A DNA stretch of 39,023 bases. It comes from Octopus bimaculoides. Its lineage: Eukaryota. Positions 36,047-39,023 of the stretch are shown here, in pieces; the stretch's first letter is position 1; each line of letters begins with the position of its first letter. A model generated the notes under the pieces. That model was not told the origin of the DNA, made no database searches, and saw only the letters and a list, made by a program, of their open reading frames with translations. The stretch lies in assembly GCF_001194135.2 (NCBI RefSeq), contig NC_068997.1, positions 12,608,067 to 12,647,089 on the forward strand, read 5' to 3'. The translations under genes and the position numbers were made by a program.

Positions 36047-36454
36047 GGAATTACTTCCTGGAAAGTTCCAAGGAGATGGAGGAATTACTTCCTGAAAAGT
36101 TCGAAGGAGGGGAATTACTTCCTGGAAAGTTCTGAGGCGGGGGAGGAAGTTCTGAAGAGGGGATGTATTACTTCCTGGAAAGTTACAAGGGGAGGAAGTG
36201 GAGGAATTACTTCCTGGAAAGTTCCAAGGAGGAGGGGGAAGGGGAGTAATTTATTCCTGGAAAGTTCCAAGGTGGTGAGGAATTACTTTCTGGAAAGTTC
36301 CGCAGAGTGGGAAATTACTTGCTGGATAGTAGTTCCTGGAAATAATTCCGCCTCCTTAGAACTTTCTAGGAAATAATTCCTCCCCTTCTTTCCCCTCCTC
36401 GGAACTTTCCAGGAAGTAATTCCCCCTCCTTGGTACTTTCCAGTAAGTAATTCC
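36047..36454. repeat. Fold-back minisatellite: 8 forward and 4 reverse copies of a ~27-bp unit GGAATTACTTCCTGGAAAGTTCCAAGG with purine-rich spacers
   Basis: Forward units at about 36047, 36081, 36111, 36164, 36203, 36245, 36279 and 36310. Reverse units at about 36333 (partial), 36354, 36397 and 36428. Confidence 0.9.
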
Positions 36455-36803
36455 TCCCTCTCCTCACTGAAACGAGGCCCTGCTTGCTAGATCAACTGGT
36501 TATCAGATATAGCTCAATATTCTTCTAACCTTCGGTCATCATCTCTTTTTAACCAAATCCAGTGGCTACCAAATGTGTGTCCATGTGCGTGAGTTAGAGG
36601 GAGGGCGACTGTGTGTCTGGGTATATGTTTGTGAGTATGTGAGTGTGCATGTGTGTGTGCGTGTGTGTTTCGATGCGTGTAGCTTATAGTGTATATACCT
36701 ATACAGTATTGGTCAGCGAATTGTTTTTTTATTTATCTGAGTTATAGTTCTAATAGAAAAGGAAGAAATAATTCATTTTTCATATTGTTAATTATATATG
36801 TAC

Positions 36804-36842
<39 letters not shown>

Positions 36843-37191
36843 NNNNNNNNNNNNNNNNNNNNNNNNNNNNNNNNNNNNNNNNNNNNNNNNNNNNNNNNNN
36901 NNNNNNNNNNNNNNNNNNNNNNNNNNNNNNNNNNNNNNNNNNNNNNNNNNNNNNNNNNNNNNNNNNNNNNNNNNNNNNNNNNNNNNNNNNNNNNNNNNNN
37001 NNNNNNNNNNNNNNNNNNNNNNNNNNNNNNNNNNNNNNNNNNNNNNNNNNNNNNNNNNNNNNNNNNNNNNNNNNNNNNNNNNNNNNNNNNNNNNNNNNNN
37101 NNNNNNNNNNNNNNNNNNNNNNNNNNNNNNNNNNNNNNNNNNNNNNNNNNNNNNNNNNNNNNNNNNNNNNNNNNNNNNNNNNNNNNNNNNN

Positions 37192-37246
<55 letters not shown>
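37192..37246. repeat. (GA)n microsatellite at a gap edge
   Basis: Direct reading. Confidence 0.95.
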
Positions 37247-37251
<5 letters not shown>

Positions 37252-38290
37252 CGATTAATTGGGAAAGCGAAGCTGAGAGAAACAGTGAGACCGACAGTCA
37301 GATTTTCAGATAGATAAATAGAAAATAGATAGATGAAAAAGATCCAAACAAAATGACATCCCATTTTATCGAGCTAGCACATCAAACGCTTTCAAATGAA
37401 CACAGCAACGCCATGTTTATTATCAGGGGAATTTCATATTTGACAGTTCATGTGAGAACAGAGGATGACGGGAAATTTTCGCCCAGAGGTCATAGTCAAG
37501 TTAGCGAGAATTCCAATTAAACTGCAGCGAGCTGAACTAGTGTAGATGTTATAATTAAGATAACAAGGGGAGATAAGCAATAACAGAAAATCCCATCTGA
37601 TCTGCGCGTGCGCTATAGCACAAGCTTAACTTTAGGCCAGCGTGAGGCGCTAATCATGTTAAGAGAAGAAAGAAATTCCGCAGCACAAGTTCAGTTATAG
37701 AAAAATAAGAATAAAAAATATAACTGATGTGATATTCTCTGAGAAAACCAACGTGTATAATCTGGTTATATCCATTCGTCCTTACATCGGTACATACATA
37801 CATACATACATACATGCGTGCGTATGTCCATATATATGTAAACCACACACATACATAGATGTCTATATATATATATTCCTTCGTTATCTCCTTTGTACCT
37901 TTCCCACTGTCCCTTCCTCTCCCTCTCTCTCTCTCTCTCACTCTTTCCTCTCTCTATTTCCTTCCATTTGCCCCTACCTCTCTCTTTACTTTCCACGTGA
38001 CCGGTGTTCGGACAAGCATGATCTTTCTTTCTTGGCCTGACCACCGCCCATACAACATCTTATTTTCCTGTCTCCTGACTTTCACCTATGTTTGTGCCTA
38101 AAGCTTTTCACACCACACATGCCATCTCAACTTGTCTCGTCCTTATTAGTCGAAAGACACCTGTTGTTATTCTCTCTCTTGTTGTTTGTATTTGTAAACG
38201 TGTAACATCTCCGTTTGTTTTTCGTTTTCTTTTGTTTTGTCTCTGTTGTACACATTCCCTTGTTTTCTTCCAAAAGTTTAATGCTCTTAC

Positions 38291-38386
38291 CTTAGTCTTT
38301 TGTGGTCAACCAATTCTGAACGGTCCCAACTGGCCGAAACTGTATTTATTTCTCACTGGATGGGGTACATTTTTTGCTGAACTTAC
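38291..38386 (-). other. Candidate 96-nt non-coding exon
   Basis: Minus strand: gtttactgttcctttaag | 96 nt | gtaagagc. All three frames contain stops. Confidence 0.2.
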
Positions 38387-39023
38387 CTTAAAGGAACAGT
38401 AAACTCTGTGTGTGTGTCTGTTTAAATTATGGAAAAATTAGTCATAAATAATGGAATTATGTTTGCTAGTGTTGTTACTGCTTCTGTTGTTCTCCGTCAT
38501 AATCATCTCCATTCGTAGATGTATCACTTTCCTCCTGCCTTTTCCTTGTATGAATTTCTCATGCAAAAGTCTCTTGCTATTAAATTTCTCATGTTTTTGT
38601 TATAACTTTATCGGAGTCCGATCTATGTTAAGCGATTCCTTCTGATTTGTCGCGCTAGCAAAACTAACCGTATTACATCCACCACTAAAACGTCTTTTTT
38701 TTTTTTTTCAATTATTTTTCTCAAAGTGACTATTTTACTGGTGCAATTGTTACTATTTTACTGTTTAGCTTCTTATTTTGTTTGATAAATTATTGCAGGA
38801 CTGCTGGCTGTCACTTTCTCTCATCACTTCAGGGAAGACCGACCTTCCAAAGAGTTTTCTTTTTAACATTGTCTGACTAGAATTATGCTCCTCACAAAAT
38901 ATAAATAATCTTTCGTTTAAAATGGAACAAAAGAGAGGTTTTGTCACTTCTCTTCTAACAAGTAATCAATAACGACTAATCAAAATACTCGACAAAAACA
39001 AAACAGAAAAACATTACGGAAAG

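Larger units (their letters stand above)
1950..37191. other. Assembly gaps (about 16 N-runs, e.g. 2985-3799, 5505-5860, 7359-8130, 34071-34590, 36843-37191)
   Basis: N runs seen directly. Most abut (TA)n/(CA)n/(GA)n tracts, as expected for a short-read assembly. Confidence 0.98.

Noticed and set aside
36047-36454. CRISPR-like interpretation of the ~27-bp repeat
   Set aside because: Eukaryotic context, short low-complexity purine spacers of variable length, an orientation switch, and no cas genes.
38315-38345. CTGAAC-GGTC-ccaact-GGCC-GAAAC
   Set aside because: Lacks G8/A9, helix III and helix I.
206-38947. Most ORFs in the six-frame track (YI/HT/VC/LS dipeptide runs, poly-L/I/M/F/K, X-filled ORFs)
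   Set aside because: They are translations of microsatellites or N gaps with no recognisable domains.

Overview
Repeat-dense, AT-rich animal genomic DNA from a gapped draft scaffold. It has about 16 N-runs, most flanked by (TA)n/(CA)n microsatellites. No intact host protein-coding gene is supported, and almost all listed ORFs are microsatellite or N artefacts. The repeat families and microsatellite density suggest a cephalopod (Octopus-like) genome; this is recalled similarity, not a database result. Supported content: (i) at least four tRNA-headed SINE families, labelled A-D here, in about 20 copies or fragments, including tandem, nested and inverted arrangements; (ii) an internally deleted Tc1/mariner maT-type (DD37D) transposon on the minus strand (5861-6662), with a 147-bp piece copied into a neighbouring SINE; (iii) the 3' part of an RTE-clade LINE (34719-35723) ending in three C2H2 zinc fingers rather than the usual one; (iv) a possible Penelope-like GIY-YIG remnant, plus four sequence-unrelated minimal hammerhead-ribozyme-like sites with palindromic helix III (17101, 23833, 24211-24299 as an inverted pair, 27396); (v) a fold-back array of a ~27-bp unit carrying STAT (TTCCTGGAA) and kB-like (GGAAAGTTCC) motifs (36047-36454). 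The best leads are the hammerhead-like motifs, the fold-back array and the triple-zinc-finger RTE. None is proven novel from sequence alone.
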